Shown: in pieces, positions 13,440 to 26,961 of the stretch | Position numbering within the stretch: position 1 is the stretch's first letter | How the letters are laid out: each line of letters begins with the position of its first letter | NCBI RefSeq assembly: GCF_032062105.1 | Contig: NW_026929567.1 | Span: 186,001-250,000, forward strand | Direction: 5' to 3' | Origin: Saccostrea cucullata | Taxonomy: Eukaryota | DNA length: 64,000 nt | Notes under the pieces: generated by a model | Databases searched by the model: none | What the model saw: only the letters and a program-made list of their open reading frames with translations | What the model was told of the DNA's origin: nothing | Made by a program: the position numbers and the translations under genes

Positions 13440-16400
13440 TAGTCCAGTCAATATAAATTTGACCTCAAACTAATTGCAACAGAATTTTTCTCATAGTAGT
13501 GTTTCTTCTTATAGCATAATATAACTCCATAAAAAAATCGGAAAAAATCGGACGAGTAGTTTTCATAGTAGTCGACTTCAAAAATAATGAAATATTACTT
13601 TCACTTTATATCTGGTATGCCGCACCATACTACCCGCTGTTGACGTCATTTTTAACTAAAGTCGTCATACATAAGAATTATTTCACCAAAAGTTCGAATA
13701 GTAATATTTTTTGACAAGTTTCCTCCATAATATTACTAATTATTGAATAAGAGGAAAACAAAAATAAGCCAGGATATCATTTTATACTTTTTGATACAAT
13801 AATAACGTTTCGACATGAAGAGGCTACAGTTTATTAGCCTTTATAATCCATCATAGGTCTACACCTTTTGTTTTTTAATTAGACTTAAGTAGGAAAATAA
13901 TTAAACATATGTAGGCCAACACTAGTTTTAATAGTTTTTGATTTCTAAATTAGAGCTAGAGCAAGACCTTTATTATGAAAATGATTAGTTATTAAACTTA
14001 AAAGCGTAAATCTTTATGGAACGCCATCCCAGTCAAAATTTCCTTGCAGTGACGCTATATTTCCTATAATACACTGTATCACTGATGTCACTGTCAGAGG
14101 GTAAAGTCCCATTAATTCCCTTCTGATTACGCACAAATAGTCAATCATAGCTTTTCCTAAAATGTAATGATTAAACACCGATTCCTTTGTTTGTTGTGGA
14201 CATTTTAACAAATTTTGTCAAAAGAATTTATTCACACAAGTTCTACAAACTTCGGTAGTCCTAAATTCCTCACCTCCCTATTCTTTACAATTATTGCAGT
14301 TGTTTTTAGGACAATGCTATACAATTATTTATGTTGTTTTCATTCAATACAATGATTTAGCCATCTGAGGTGTACATTATTCAGCGAGCCCGAAAATTTT
14401 GAAAGGAAGGAATATTATCAGGGAAAAATGACAGGCGAACAACGTAAAAATTGTTGTTAAGTAGAAGTGTTGGAAGGGGTCCTGCATCCCCTCTAACCAC
14501 CCTCACCCGAAAATATATATTCGCTTAGGTTTTGTTCACATGAGAAAATGTCATAGCCGTTTAAATGGAATTCCCGATCTATTTTTAGATCAATGTAGAA
14601 AACAGAAATTCTTGTATTCACATGGAACGTCATGTGCAGGTAAATATACAGTGTTTCTACCACATGGTTGGATCTCAGCCAGTCAGAGAGATGGGAATTA
14701 TTAAATCCTGTAATAATAAGTGTTATGTCTCAATATTTTGGGGTTTCTAATTTACCGGGAATAACATGGGAAACTGAATTGATGTCAATATGCATAGAGC
14801 AATATTTTAGAAATCGTAATACCGAGAATTATGGAATCGCAAATTGCAATGGAGAAAAGAAAACTTCTTATCAAACAAAGCCAAAAGTATTACGTGACTT
14901 CGGGAAACATCAAAGGGGCTAATCAATGTCTTTAAGAAGTGAGAACCCTATTATCCAATAGTATTTGGGCTTAAAAAAATATACAATACATGTACTTTGA
15001 TAGATTTAAACTAATTTTCCGGTTTTGTACACATTGGTTTTTTTGATTTTGGTTAAAAAGTTACCGGACATTATTTTCTAGCAGAAGGAACCCTTAAGGT
15101 CTAGTGAGTGGAAAGCAATAGAGTATCAAGTGCTTTTTTCATGCTAAGATTAGAGGATATATAATAAATATTAATATTTTAAAAAGACAATTAATTCATG
15201 ACTGTACTAGTATTTACATGCATGTCTGAGATTTATTTGATTTGATCAAAACTTCGCGGAATTTCGTTTAAACACAAAAGAAAAATGAAATCGAAGAGAA
15301 TTTATAAAACACTGATACTCAGTAATATAAAACAAAGCAGGGCCGCTTAATTTTCCCGTTGAAAAATAAATCAGATGTCTGTAAATATAATTTTTGTTTA
15401 TGCACTCCTTTCTTCATGATGATCAAGACATGTTCATAGCTAGTTTTGGACACTAGACAGAAACCCCCTCCCTCCAAATATTTAACCCGGAGCCTGTTCA
15501 AAACAAGTTATCTTAATTAATTACATTTATTTACTTTCCCTTAGGTAGATATAATGTACAAAAGCAATGAATGCTACGTGAATGTTATTTCAAATATGAG
15601 TACTATGACGACAACCATGCAAGAGAGTTTATTACGTCAGGTCATAGACTTTGACGCGAACACGTACATTGCAGAGGAGTGTGAAATGAAATACACCTCA
15701 TCATATAGCCTTCAGAGCACAGGCGCTTGACGTTTCTAACCTTTCTCATTATGAAAAAGAAAAATTCCCTTCTATAATTATATTTTAGTAGGGAATTTTT
15801 TATTTATAATGAGAAAGGTTAAAAACGTCAGGCGCCTTGCTTCAGAGGCATTAAAGGGACAACTAATTGATTCGGGGGAGGGGGGGGGCTGGCAAACTCT
15901 TTCGAGTCGGAATATTTATTTTTTATGTCGGTGTAGGACAATATTTATTTCCAAATATCACATTAAAGTCAATAATAGTATTCTTATTCGTGGCGGTAAG
16001 GGGTCAGAGACAGACTATTTATTCCCTGTCAAATCGAGGTCATATTATATACGATTCGAATTTCCTCTGTTTTTTTTTTATTTAATTTAGCTCATGATTT
16101 ACATTGATCACAGAAAAAATTGAAAAATCCTCCATGAATGTCTATTTCCCATTAAATGTTTATGGCTAAGGACCAAAAACAGTCACATAAGCACTGTTTA
16201 TAAGGCATCTGGAGAAAAAAAATTAATTCGAATTTCCTCTGTTATAGCATGGTATAATATTGAACATGACGCGTTTATTTATAATAAATAATAATTATAT
16301 CTTCTAGATTTTTGTTCCTGTATATTTCTTTCTTATATTTATTCAAAAACATCACCAATATAAGAAATCAGTTGTAATTTTCTACATATCAATTTTCGTT

Positions 16401-16586
16401 TTTTCCTCTTTTTTCCAACAAAATATTAGATAATTCCTCCCTAAATTTCAAAAAATTGCCTCGATGGAATTTTTCCGATTTTTCATATTACATTGTCTAC
16501 ATGTTGAACTTTCATAAAATACTAAAGAAAATTCTGTTGCAATTAGTTTAGGGTTTGACACATTTTTTGCTATTTTGACTGGACTA
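13440..16586. mobile_element. Non-autonomous Academ-like DNA transposon
   Basis: Termini TAGTCCAGTCAA...TTGACTGGACTA, subterminal inverted AAACTAATTGCAACAGAATTTT, 3-bp TSD TAT on both sides. TAG..CTA ends with a 3-bp TSD are characteristic of Academ. Confidence 0.8.
15716..15841. mobile_element. Short palindromic (foldback) MITE
   Basis: Imperfect arms of about 55 bp (TGACGTTTCTAACCTTTCTCATTAT / ATAATGAGAAAGGTTAAAAACGTCA), flanked by TCAG on both sides. Confidence 0.7.
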
Positions 16587-16811
16587 TATAAACTCGATCA
16601 TGTAACTTTCATAAAAAGAAGTTAATATGCAAATAGAATAGTTTAAGAAAGGAAGATACAATGTACATCGTAACGTAGCATTTACTTTTCTCCCCCTTTA
16701 TCGACAAGTGTTAAATCAATCGAGTACTACATATACTGCGTTTAATCGCAACACTGTCGGAAATTGTACATAATCAATGCAATTCTCAAGCTCCTTGAAA
16801 CCCTGGATACG

Positions 16812-16989
16812 CATAGGCGTCACCAGGGAGAGGGGGGGGGGTTAAGCCCCCCACTCCTCACCCCCATTTTCTTGCAAAGATAGACATTAGACATAATTTA
16901 GGCATTTAAAAGTGGGGTTTACCTTTTTTGTTGGTTTAGCCCCCCTCCCCTTTCAATTAACGCCCCACTATTTGCCTGCGCCGCCCATG
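16812..16989. mobile_element. Small MITE with 5-bp TSD ATACG
   Basis: CATAGGCG...CGCCCATG termini, ATACG on both sides. Confidence 0.7.
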
Positions 16990-17969
16990 ATACGGCTATC
17001 GACCTAAAATTTAGAGAGTGTATTTAAACCGCCCCAGAATTACCAGCTATTCAATTTTTTTCTGGAGAACTATGACCATCAAATACGTTATAATTAATGG
17101 CATAGAAGTTGATAAAAAAGGAAAAGGGGATGGACGTTTTCAGTAAATTCACCATACACATTTGTTTTGCAATATGGTGAAATCTTTCCCAGTTAATGTA
17201 GAATTACATGTTTTTACAATTAATTTACAAGTTTGATAACCTAAGAGAGAGAGAGAGAGAGAGAGGGGGGGAGAGAGAGAGAGAGAGAGAGAGAGTTTCG
17301 AACAATTTTTAAATCTTAAAACATTTATTAAATAATTCAAATCATGCTTGTTTTTCTAATTTTATTTTTAAACCTTTACCCCCTCCCCTTCTCCCCCCAA
17401 AACATGATGCATAAGGCGTGTACAGCAACTAATATGTTTTTTATTAAAAGTAACACACTACATATCATATTTTAGTGAATAAGGTTAAAAATCAAACATG
17501 AAACGATGGAAATGTAACCAGATTGTTTAGACATCGGGATCGAAATGCCTTTCATATCTCGATACGGATACGGATTATACGTATACGGATACGTCAGATA
17601 GAACAATCTCTATTATTTGTTATTTCATGCCACAGAATAACATTTTTTAAATATTCCTTTCATTTCCCTTCTCGAAACCCTTTCCTCGTTTAAATGTCCA
17701 TTGAAATATATTGTAGCGTCACGGTAGCGACTACGACAGGACGTGGCTTTGATGTATCTTGTGGAGATTTTATCTAGCGACATCCCAATAAAAATGAAGA
17801 ATTCAATAATCCAACCGTGAATACAATAGACTACAATGACTGATCCCCGTTTTTGGTTACGTTCGTTCGTAAGATGTCAGTGTTTCTCTATTAGAATGTA
17901 TCCTGTTATGTTTTTAAACAATTTTCAATAAAATACATGTAACAATAATTGAAACGATCTTATTTGTAA

Positions 17970-19256
17970 TCAATTCCATCTAGAAGTCAATTTCCAATAT
18001 TTAGTAACTTCATCGGCATAGATGTCATGTTGTTCGGTAATTAAATGCAATGGGCATCTAAAAATCCTGTCCACTTTTGCGAAGTAATTTTCTGATAAGA
18101 AATGGTCCTTGATATCCATGGCAATAACGTTTTCTTTGTCCATTCGACATCTGAAACCTCTTACAAAACATGCTTTTCTGCCATCTGTTCCCGTTAAATC
18201 ACTTAAGATATTCTCTATTGTTCTTTGAATGCTATAAGTTTTTATCCTTTTCAAAATATGTCCTCGCACTGTACAAAATACCTGAAGTTGAATAGTTTCT
18301 GTTGTGACGGATACAAGGATAAAGTATTTCATATTCGAAAACAAAACAGCATTTTTGTATAGACAATATGTGCCCCTATTTTTCATTATTTTCCAATTCT
18401 CTTCCATGCAAGCGACAACAAGGCGAAAAAACACGAAATATGGCAAGTATTGATACCGATAAATGAGAATAGATGATTTTTTTTTAGCATTTTTTATGAA
18501 ACATTGAACTTCTTTTTCCATGTGTCTCCTGTTCATACATGGAATATAGTAGGATTCTTTACCTATAGCAAACAGGCCGATTTTTTTCATGAATTTGAAA
18601 AGACATGTCTTATGATAAATTAGACATCGAGTATCAGACTCATACAAATCAGTTTTAATTTCGCTGTCATCCCTCTGGTCTTCTTTTAATTGCTTGTACA
18701 TAGTCCCATCGATACACCTCCAGATCTCTGTCAGAAGTCGATCTTGCAGTATTCCAGTGTTGTGAAATTCATCCCAGTCACTCTGAACTACTTCAAGGGT
18801 TCTTAAGGTAAGCTTGTTGGAGATTATATGTTTCAGAGCATCAAAAAACCACTGAACGTCAAGAATGATATGTTCTTGAAGACATTTTTCATTATAAAAA
18901 AGAATCTTTCTTGTATCATGATAAAATTGTAACATATCAATGTTTGTCACCATTGCATGTTCATGGTTTTCTTGTTCTATGTCTACTTCTGGAATATTTT
19001 TTGTTACTTCTTCTCTGTCTAAAATTCTTACTTTGTGTTTTTTATGATTAATTTCTATTTCAAAGTCAACCCATTCCATTGGAATGTTTTCCCTCCATCG
19101 CTGATTCAACGCTATGTCATAAATACACCCTTTTAGATCCTTGGACAGTGGAACACTAAGATCTGTGCAAAAAAAGGCATCCTTTCTAATGTACTGTGAT
19201 AAATTCGACGATCCATGTAGGCGTTGCTTTAGAGCGTACAAAAGTCCAAATTCATC
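17970..19256 (-). CDS. Last exon of Roc-COR (ROCO-family) GTPase gene: end of Roc plus COR domain, 428 aa plus stop
   Basis: Acceptor ttgttgcag|GAT at 19256 (phase 0), open to TGA at 17970. COR-like motifs WRENIPMEWVDFE, LQFYHDTRKILFY, IILDVQWF, YYIPCM, LPYFVFFRLVVAC, LYKNAVLF. No kinase domain follows. Confidence 0.88.
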   Translation of the reverse strand, partial: DEFGLLYALKQRLHGSSNLSQYIRKDAFFCTDLSVPLSKDLKGCIYDIALNQRWRENIPMEWVDFEIEINHKKHKVRILDREEVTKNIPEVDIEQENHEHAMVTNIDMLQFYHDTRKILFYNEKCLQEHIILDVQWFFDALKHIISNKLTLRTLEVVQSDWDEFHNTGILQDRLLTEIWRCIDGTMYKQLKEDQRDDSEIKTDLYESDTRCLIYHKTCLFKFMKKIGLFAIGKESYYIPCMNRRHMEKEVQCFIKNAKKKSSILIYRYQYLPYFVFFRLVVACMEENWKIMKNRGTYCLYKNAVLFSNMKYFILVSVTTETIQLQVFCTVRGHILKRIKTYSIQRTIENILSDLTGTDGRKACFVRGFRCRMDKENVIAMDIKDHFLSENYFAKVDRIFRCPLHLITEQHDIYADEVTKYWKLTSRWN

Positions 19257-20124
19257 CTGCAACAACAATTTTTTTCACAATGTTTACTTTTTTCTGTGTT
19301 TATTCAAACAGATTTAACTGCAAAAGATATAAAAAAAACAATTTAAACAAATTTTAACCAACTACTGGCAATTAAGAAAACATGTGTTCCCCCAATAAAG
19401 GTAAAAAGAGTCAAATGTTTGGATTCTATGACCCCCCCCCCACCCCCCACTCTTATCATCATTTAGGAAATTCTCTCTACTTTCAGATCCTGTACAAGTT
19501 TGAGCTTATTAATCGGTTATAAATAGATTTTACGTTTAAAAGACATTCGTGACTTTTTGAAAATAACGCAAATTTCCAAAACAGGGATAATTTTCCCGAC
19601 GATAGGCAATTTTTTTTCTTGATAAAATCGTTTCAGTAAAATTGATATTTTTAAAATGGATATTTTCTCTACTTTTGCAAAAAAAATTGTAAAAACAAGA
19701 ATTTTTCTTCCACACGTTTCATTTTGCTGGTTTTTATTCCTTCCATTTAAATTAAACGCCGTTTTACTTGCATTTTTTTTTATTGAAATAGGAAAAACAA
19801 AACACAGCTTGTAAAAGTGAAGAAAATTTTCATTTCAACAATCCTTAACTTGTCTCTTTATTTTCAGTATTTTCTGAATTACCATAGTTTGAATTTTGAA
19901 CTTCCGCGACCTTTTTTGTAGAAAATTCTAGTGTAGACAATATCTAACGTCAATGTCGTTTTCGTTTCGCCTCATTCGGAACAACATGATTGTTTTATTA
20001 CATTTAATTATTTATTTTTATTTATATAGAGGTTTTATGAAAAAAATTAGGATTTTTAGGATTTTCCATATTATAAGCGGGGATTTGGTGGAACAATTTG
20101 ATATTATTTATTAACGAAAGACAT

Positions 20125-21692
20125 TGATGTTTTCGTTCCGGGTCTTTTTCCCTATTATTATTTTTTTTTTCTTACCGATTTTGTGCACGCTAGTTCTCGG
20201 AAATGGCTCGACCGATTTTCACCAAACTTTCAGATCTGATAAATATTTATCTGAACCTTGTCGGAAATTTTCGTCGTCGATGACGTCACTTCCTGTCGTG
20301 AGATATGGATGATTTTCAAATTTTAAGAGGGTGGGTTTGACCTGGAAACTACTCCGGAACGACTTAAATTATTGACTCAAGATTTTAAGTGAAAGTAAGG
20401 GAAGGTTTGCTGAGTTGCAGGCAGGCGTCCAAATTTTCATAGCGCAAAAGGCGCCGAAGCTCGGTGGAGCCCAAAAAATGTGTCGGAAACATCTCACAAA
20501 AGTTGACATCTTTGTTTTATATCTTCGTGTCTATTCATAATTTGTTAAAACATATAGAAGAAAAGTTGTACTGATTCACATGACCATTCATATGGAATCA
20601 GGAAAAGGGGCTGACCCCTCAAATTAGGGGCTCAGAAGGGCCAAAACTCTTTCATTTATATTTCTTTATTAATCAATATTTTGTTACACATTACAGAAGC
20701 AAAGATATTCATTGTAACAATTTGCAACAATATATTGTAAAATTTTTATCATATGTTATGTAATAAGGGGTCACAAGGGGCCAGAATGTCACATCTTTGA
20801 CGCTTTATATCTAAAAAAAAAAGGGGGGATATTTTGATAAGCAATATTGAACAAAAGATGATCAGAATAATGTTCTTAATAGTATGCATACTGTGATTTT
20901 TTTTTTAAATGGCCCCATTAACAACGTGCAGGCATAGCCCCTAAATATTTCCATTCAGCATATCTCCACAACGGAAAAAAATCTTTGAATTAGCGATGAA
21001 CAAAAAGTCTTTGAATTTAAAAGCCCTTTCATTTGACATCAAGAAAAAGGGACTGACTCTTTAAAAAAGGGGCTCAGAGGGGCCAAAAGTCTTTTATCTA
21101 TTACTTTTCAATCTATATTTTGTAATACATTACTGATTAAAAGGTATTCATCTTAGCGAATTGCAACAACATCGTATAAATTTTTAATCATATATTACGA
21201 AATTAGGGGTCACAAGGGGCCAGAATATGAAGTGTTGTCGGTTTTTATCTCGAATAGGAGAAATATTTTGATAAACAATGTTGAACAAAGGATGGTCAGA
21301 ATAATGTTCCAAAGAATATGCACCGTTTAAATTATTATAAAATTGCCCCATTAAGGACTTGGATTGGTGGCCCCTAAATATTTTCATGCAAGATATCTCT
21401 TTAACGAAAAGACATATGTGAATAGGTCTTGAACAAAAAGTGTTTAAAATCACGAGACCTTTCATTTGAAATCAAGAAAAGGGTCTGGTCCCTCAAATTA
21501 GGGGCCGAGATGGGCCAAATCACTAAATATCTAAAATTATTTGAGATTGTCGAATAAATCAAAAGAATTTAATCAAGTGAATGAAGTCTAACATTATTTT
21601 GTAACAAAAGTCATAGTCAAAATTATATCTCATTTTATCGTAAAATCGGACGGAAGACCTACTAGTTGCTCGCAACGAGATCTCATCTAGTT
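20125..21692. mobile_element. Helentron-like element with internal repeats of about 430 bp (intronic)
   Basis: About 20600-21030 repeats at about 21040-21470. Ends CGGAAGACCTACTAGTTGCTCGCAACGAGATCTCATCTAGTT. Confidence 0.6.
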
Positions 21693-23364
21693 ACCAGTTA
21701 TTTTCTTTAACATGTTAAGGAGTAGTTCTCAAGGGTTGAAGCATTGTTTTTCATGCACTTAAAAGAAACCTCCCTCCTAAAAAGAAAAGAAGATTGTGTG
21801 AAGGGGACAATTTATATTATTTCAATATACTTTGTAAAAAACAAACAAAAAACTTGAAATAAGTTCATAGGACAGGAACGCCCCGTAGGGTTTGTATTAG
21901 TAATGCAACATAAAAGTTTGTTTGGTGAACAAAATTTGATCAGAATATTTTGAATAGTGATATAGATTAATTGCTTACATCAATATGTATCAGCATAATG
22001 AAGTTTGACACTCATTTCAGAAAAGTGAGGTCAAGGTCACATGAAAAGCCACGGGTCAGAAAATGTTGATGCAGTTGAAAAGCTCCGATCAATATATGTA
22101 TGTATGTATCAGCATTTAAGTTGAAAAAATATTAATGGTTACTTTTAAACTGATATAAACACAATTTAATAATAGGGGGTTGAAATACACCCCACTATCA
22201 TGCACCCTCTTAAGATCTACATATATGCTATGTATATTTAACATAAAATATGTCTAATGTAAACTTAATTATGAAATTTAAAATATTTCCTGAAGAAATT
22301 TTATCACAAAATAGTGATACATTGCATTGCATGAACACAACAAATGGTCTTTATGTATCCAAATGTTGATTGTCCAAACAATCCAATCTAAAAAAAATAG
22401 CATGCAATCCATATGATTATCAAATTTTGTGTAAATAATTTTGGACATACATGTATAAGCTACAAAATTCAGTCAAAAAAGTCATTAATGGAAAAATTCC
22501 CAATTTGGATCCAAAATCTAATGGTTGTTCACAAATATGAAGCAAGAGTTTAAACGTTGAAAAAATTATTTCAATTCTGCGGGTATATTAAGGAAGCAAT
22601 TGAATCATTTCTAAAAAAAAAAAAAAAAATAATAAGACTTTAAAAAGATAAGTTCAAATTTTACCAAAACCGCTGATAAACATTAACTTTTATTACTTTT
22701 TACATAAAAATAACGAGTGGTAGTGCACATCTTTGTATTAGACCCATGGCATCAGGTGACTTCTAAAAATGGCCAAAATGTTCCTGAATAAAAAAGCTAA
22801 CAGAACAACTATACTCCAGGGTTTAATAATTTCTTTGCGTAAATAAATTTTTTAAACACATGTATATGAAGCGAGATTTTTTGTAAAACGATCATGATGC
22901 TTAATTTGGGATTCTAGCAGCACTTTCAAAGTATTTTAGGAGGCAAACTTTCCATCTGTACAAATCCTTTGTTCTGAAATCTACAGCTTATTGTTGTTTT
23001 GATGCATTATTTTTTGTCACAAGTGACAGAGAAAAGGTCCGAGCAAGATATGTAAATAGCTAACTGGCTTCGAAAGAGAGTATAAGCGATAAAAATAAAT
23101 TAGCTTATTTGTTTATTAAACTGAATTCCCTATGATTTTCACATTTGATTATTGATATTTGCTTTTTAAACTCAATTTTACGTATTTTTCTGGATGCCCT
23201 CTTTGCCAAATTATCTTTACACGACACGATCAATTTCCAAGTTACTTGATGCACACATATAACGTCATTGGTGGTAGATTTTAATACTTGATATCGCGAT
23301 TACTTAACTTAGCGGAACTCTTTCGCAAAGGGTGTAGGAATCGTCTGTTGGGTTGGGGCAATGT

Positions 23365-23940
23365 GTTTTCACTATATTATCAATAAAGCCCTGCTCTAAC
23401 ACCAGAACCCCTCACCATGGGGCCATAAAATTCACAATCTTGGAAGAGACACTCTTGCTTATCATAACTTTGTGCTTAGTTAGTTCTTTTAATAGCAAGA
23501 AGCAGTGAATAAGATTTTCAAGGAATTACTACATTTTCACTATATAATCTATATAACTCCGCCCTAGCACTAGAACCTCTGATCCTGGGGCCATGAATTT
23601 CACAAGTTTGGTACAGGACTCAATGCTCATTACATTCATGCCAACAGTTTCCCTATTTGATGCCCAGGAGAAAAGAAGAAGACTCTTAAAGATTGCAATA
23701 ATTTAACGGTTTGGGCCCCACTCCTACGGCCCCAAGGGGGGGGGGGGTGCAGAGACCATAAAATTCACAATTTTTGTTCCCCTTTGGTATGGATACTGTA
23801 TACCAAATTTGGTTGAAATTGTCAATGGTGTCAGAGAAGAAGCTAAAAATCTTCAAATGTTTACACACGACGCATGACACAAGAAACACAATGACGGACA
23901 AAAACGGATAACAATAGGTCACTTGAGTTACTCAGGTCGC
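23365..23940 (+). mobile_element. Second copy of the 8120-8960 family
   Basis: Same tandem unit and terminal ATAGGTCACTTGAGTTACTCAGGT. Confidence 0.75.
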
Positions 23941-24535
23941 AATAGCCTCTTATTATATTCCTCTGTCGATTACTTGTCTACGATTTTATAAAACGGTTTT
24001 AGTTCGCACATGTGCATGTAGATTCGTTTTTAAATATAAACCTGAACGATTTGATAAACTGATTAGTGCACATCATTACCGCTACATTTTGGAAAATTTA
24101 ATTACAGCAACATAGCCATTGCCACTACAAAAACGTTACATAACCAATGCGTATAAAAGTTACTTTACCGCTACAAAGCCTGTTTGATTAACCAAAGGTT
24201 TCTATGCGCACGGATTGCTTTTAAGTAAAAAATATGCATACAAGCATAGGTCTTCTATCCCCTGCTCAACACGGGAAGATGAAAGTGTGATGTTGAGCAA
24301 AGTGTGTTCTTATATTTTTTTTTATCTTAAATACATTTTGTTTTATAAAACACTGAAAAATTTAAAAAATAAAATCGAATCCTGTTCACAGAAAAAACGT
24401 GTAGCGGTAATGGGTTGTTTTCAGCTTATCCAGTATGAATCGGTAATGCGTTGGCGATGTAGCGCTACATGTAATGTTAGTGCATATGGATACAATAAAT
24501 AATTATTTTATGTCCGATATTCTCTGCCTATTTAC

Positions 24536-24663
24536 CATAAATTGTTTCTCTCCTTCTTCCCAATGTGTCGCTACAATTAAAACTTTGGGTTTTGGATCCT
24601 CTTCTTTTTCAGAACCACAGACCCACAGAGTATGTATAGACTGTATCCAAAAGGCAAAATAGT
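24536..24663 (-). CDS. Internal exon of Roc-COR gene (Roc G4 region; DYFAFWIQSIHT...PKVLIVATHWE)
   Basis: Not in the ORF track. ttttttag|AC acceptor and ATG|gtaaat donor, 128 bp, phase 1 to 0, matching both neighbours. Translation fits the Roc 'FWLxSI...P.V.IVGTH.D' pattern. Confidence 0.85.
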
Positions 24664-24914
24664 CTAAAAAAAAACAAAAGAAATTTAATGCATATATCCT
24701 TTACTTGATACTAAAAGTTTAAAAATATTTAGTCATAAAATAAAACAGAATAAGATACTAGTTTAGAACATTATAATTGCTCGGATTTTAGATAGATATA
24801 TTATTTTTCTCATACTATCCAAGCTCTCTGAATAGCTCAAAATTGATCACACGATCAACTATATAACAGCATGGAGACTTGAGCTACTTTCTTTTATTTA
24901 CTATAATAAAAACT

Positions 24915-25160
24915 ATGAAACTTTGATTTACCATAGTAATAACTTTGGAACTTTGATTTACTATTGCGAGAAATTTGGTACTTTGATTAACTATTGTAAA
25001 AACTTTGGAACTTTGATTTACTATGGTGAAAACTTTGGAACTTTGATTTACTATTGTGAACATTTTGGAACTTTGATTTACTATCGTAAAAACTTTGGAA
25101 CTTTGATCTACTATAGTGAAAACTTTGGAACTTTGGTTTACTATGGTAAACTATAGTAAA
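24915..25160. repeat. 30-bp minisatellite, about 8 copies
   Basis: Unit approximately ACTTTGATTTACTATTGTGAAAACTTTGGA. It produces the spurious repetitive ORF 24923-25156. Confidence 0.9.
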
Positions 25161-26069
25161 CTATTGTTAACTATAGTTTACTATAGTAATTTTTTTGTTA
25201 GGGAAATAACATTTATGCTAAATTCAAAACAGCTAAGACAGAGTACTACTTAATTTTTTTTCTTTAAAAAAAAATTAAATTAAAAAAAAGGACACACACA
25301 AAAAAGTGTGCTTCACATATGATTTATAATTGTGATGTTTTGTAATAATTATTAAGATATATGACGCCTTGAAGAAGAATCTACTTTATGTCAAAGTATA
25401 ATAGATATATTTTTAAAAAATAAATTCAAACCTTAATTAGACAAATTGGCCTTTTCAAAAAGGAAATTCCCAAAATTACTCCATCAGTACAAAGAATAAT
25501 ATACATTACATTAAACAGATCTTTTTTTTACTTTTTAGTCCCTCAGTATTAAAAAATGACAAGAGATAAAACCTGTGGTAGTGTTTTCAATCTCTGTAAA
25601 AAAAAATAACAAATGTAGCCCTTTGATTCGGTCAAAAAATAGATATATCACTTCACAGATACGCATATGTATTTCTGTGAAGTCGATATATCTACTTATC
25701 GAACTCATCAAAGGGCTATATTTATATGATAAGAACAAATGGCATTTGATAGTGACCGAAGACACAGAAAATGATAGCGACCGAGCCTGCATTATATATT
25801 TTCCATTTACTTTGTGTTTGCATTTGCATTAGATAATTTTTCATTCACATGGTATAATTTTTTCATTTTGTTAAAAACATTTGCATTGTAAAATGATTTA
25901 TTTGTATTCTATATTTTCCATTCTTATTGTATAATTTTTGCTTTGTATTGTATCTAAGGAATTGTTTATTTTAGTTTGTTACGAAAGATTTCATAATTTT
26001 TATTGAATTGGTTTTCCCCGAGATGTTCCGGCATTTAGTTTTTTGAACAAGAATTTTCCTTTAAGTTTT

Positions 26070-26440
26070 TGGTTTTTGCAATTTAATTTTAGACCATAAC
26101 TCCTTACAGTCCAGACCGCCCTTCGTGAAATACCCCCCCCCCCCTTTCGACCACTTCTAGATCCGCACATGCTATTATTTTTTTATTTCATGCCACAGAA
26201 TGACATTTTTTAAATTTTCCTTTCATTTCCCTTCTCGACCCCCTTTGCTCGTTTAAATGTCTTGAAATGTATTGTAGCGTCAAGACAAGACGTGCCTTTG
26301 AGGTATCTTGTAGGAATTTATCTATCGAAATCCCAATAAAATTGAAGAATTCAATAACCTAACCGTGATTACAATATACTACAATGACTCATCCCCGTTT
26401 TTGGTTACTTTGATTAGTAAGATGTCGGTGTTTCTCTAAT
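26070..26440. mobile_element. Right-end fragment of the 9762-17893 element family (empty site for the 12162-17611 insertion)
   Basis: Aligns contiguously to 12058-12157 followed by 17612-17893. Confidence 0.85.
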
Positions 26441-26721
26441 AAGGGATTGTACATGTATGGAGGCCTCAAAGAGAAATAATTTTAATTTTTTTTTTTAAAT
26501 TCGTTATCGGAATTATAAGAATTAAACGTTCTTTTTGAAAATTTTATCGAAAAGAACGTTTAATCCTATAATATCCACATAAATTTATGTGCAAAAACTA
26601 CAAATGTGCATTTAACCGCGGTGTTCAATTTGTTTGTCCGGCACGGTGTGTTATAGTACTGGTCATCCAACAATATTAATTCAGTGCTTTTGAAAATACA
26701 TACGGGCTGTTAAATTTTTAC

Positions 26722-26961
26722 CTCCGTAGGTCCATCCAGAGAAAACGCTTCCAGCTTGATCACACACTTCATTATCCACCTCCTGTTCAAGACGTTTAGA
26801 GGCGTCCACCACCACAACATAGAAAGCTTTTCTGGTCAGATAAATCTGGTGACAGGCAAAGTACACAGGCTGGCCTCCAAAGTCAATAAATGTCAGAGTC
26901 TTTTTAGCAATGTCTGTGGCATAATTTTCACTTTTGGTACTGTCTGTTCTTTCTATCCTTG
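26722..26961 (-). CDS. Internal exon of Roc-COR gene (Roc G3 motif DFGGQ..Y..HQIYLT)
   Basis: tttttag|CA acceptor and G|gtaaaa donor, 240 bp, phase 1 to 1. TFIDFGGQPVYFACHQIYLTRKAFYVVVVD is the typical Roc switch-II signature. Confidence 0.9.

Larger units (their letters stand above)
12162..17611. mobile_element. Non-autonomous TIR element (about 90-bp TIRs with GTATCC repeats, probable AT TSD, ISL2EU-like)
   Basis: 12158-12250 is the reverse complement of about 17526-17615. The paralogous copy at about 26070-26440 lacks the insertion (empty site). Superfamily call is inference. Confidence 0.85.
9762..17893. mobile_element. Outer non-autonomous TIR DNA transposon hosting nested insertions
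   Basis: TIRs TAGTAGAGAAACACCGACATCTAACGAACGAACGTAAC (9762-9799) and GTTACGTTCGTTCGTAAGATGTCAGTGTTTCTCTATTA (about 17855-17893). Confidence 0.75.

Noticed and set aside
24915-25160. Regular 30-bp repeats as a CRISPR array or repeat protein (ORF 24923-25156)
   Set aside because: Head-to-tail units with no unique spacers, no cas genes, eukaryotic intron context.
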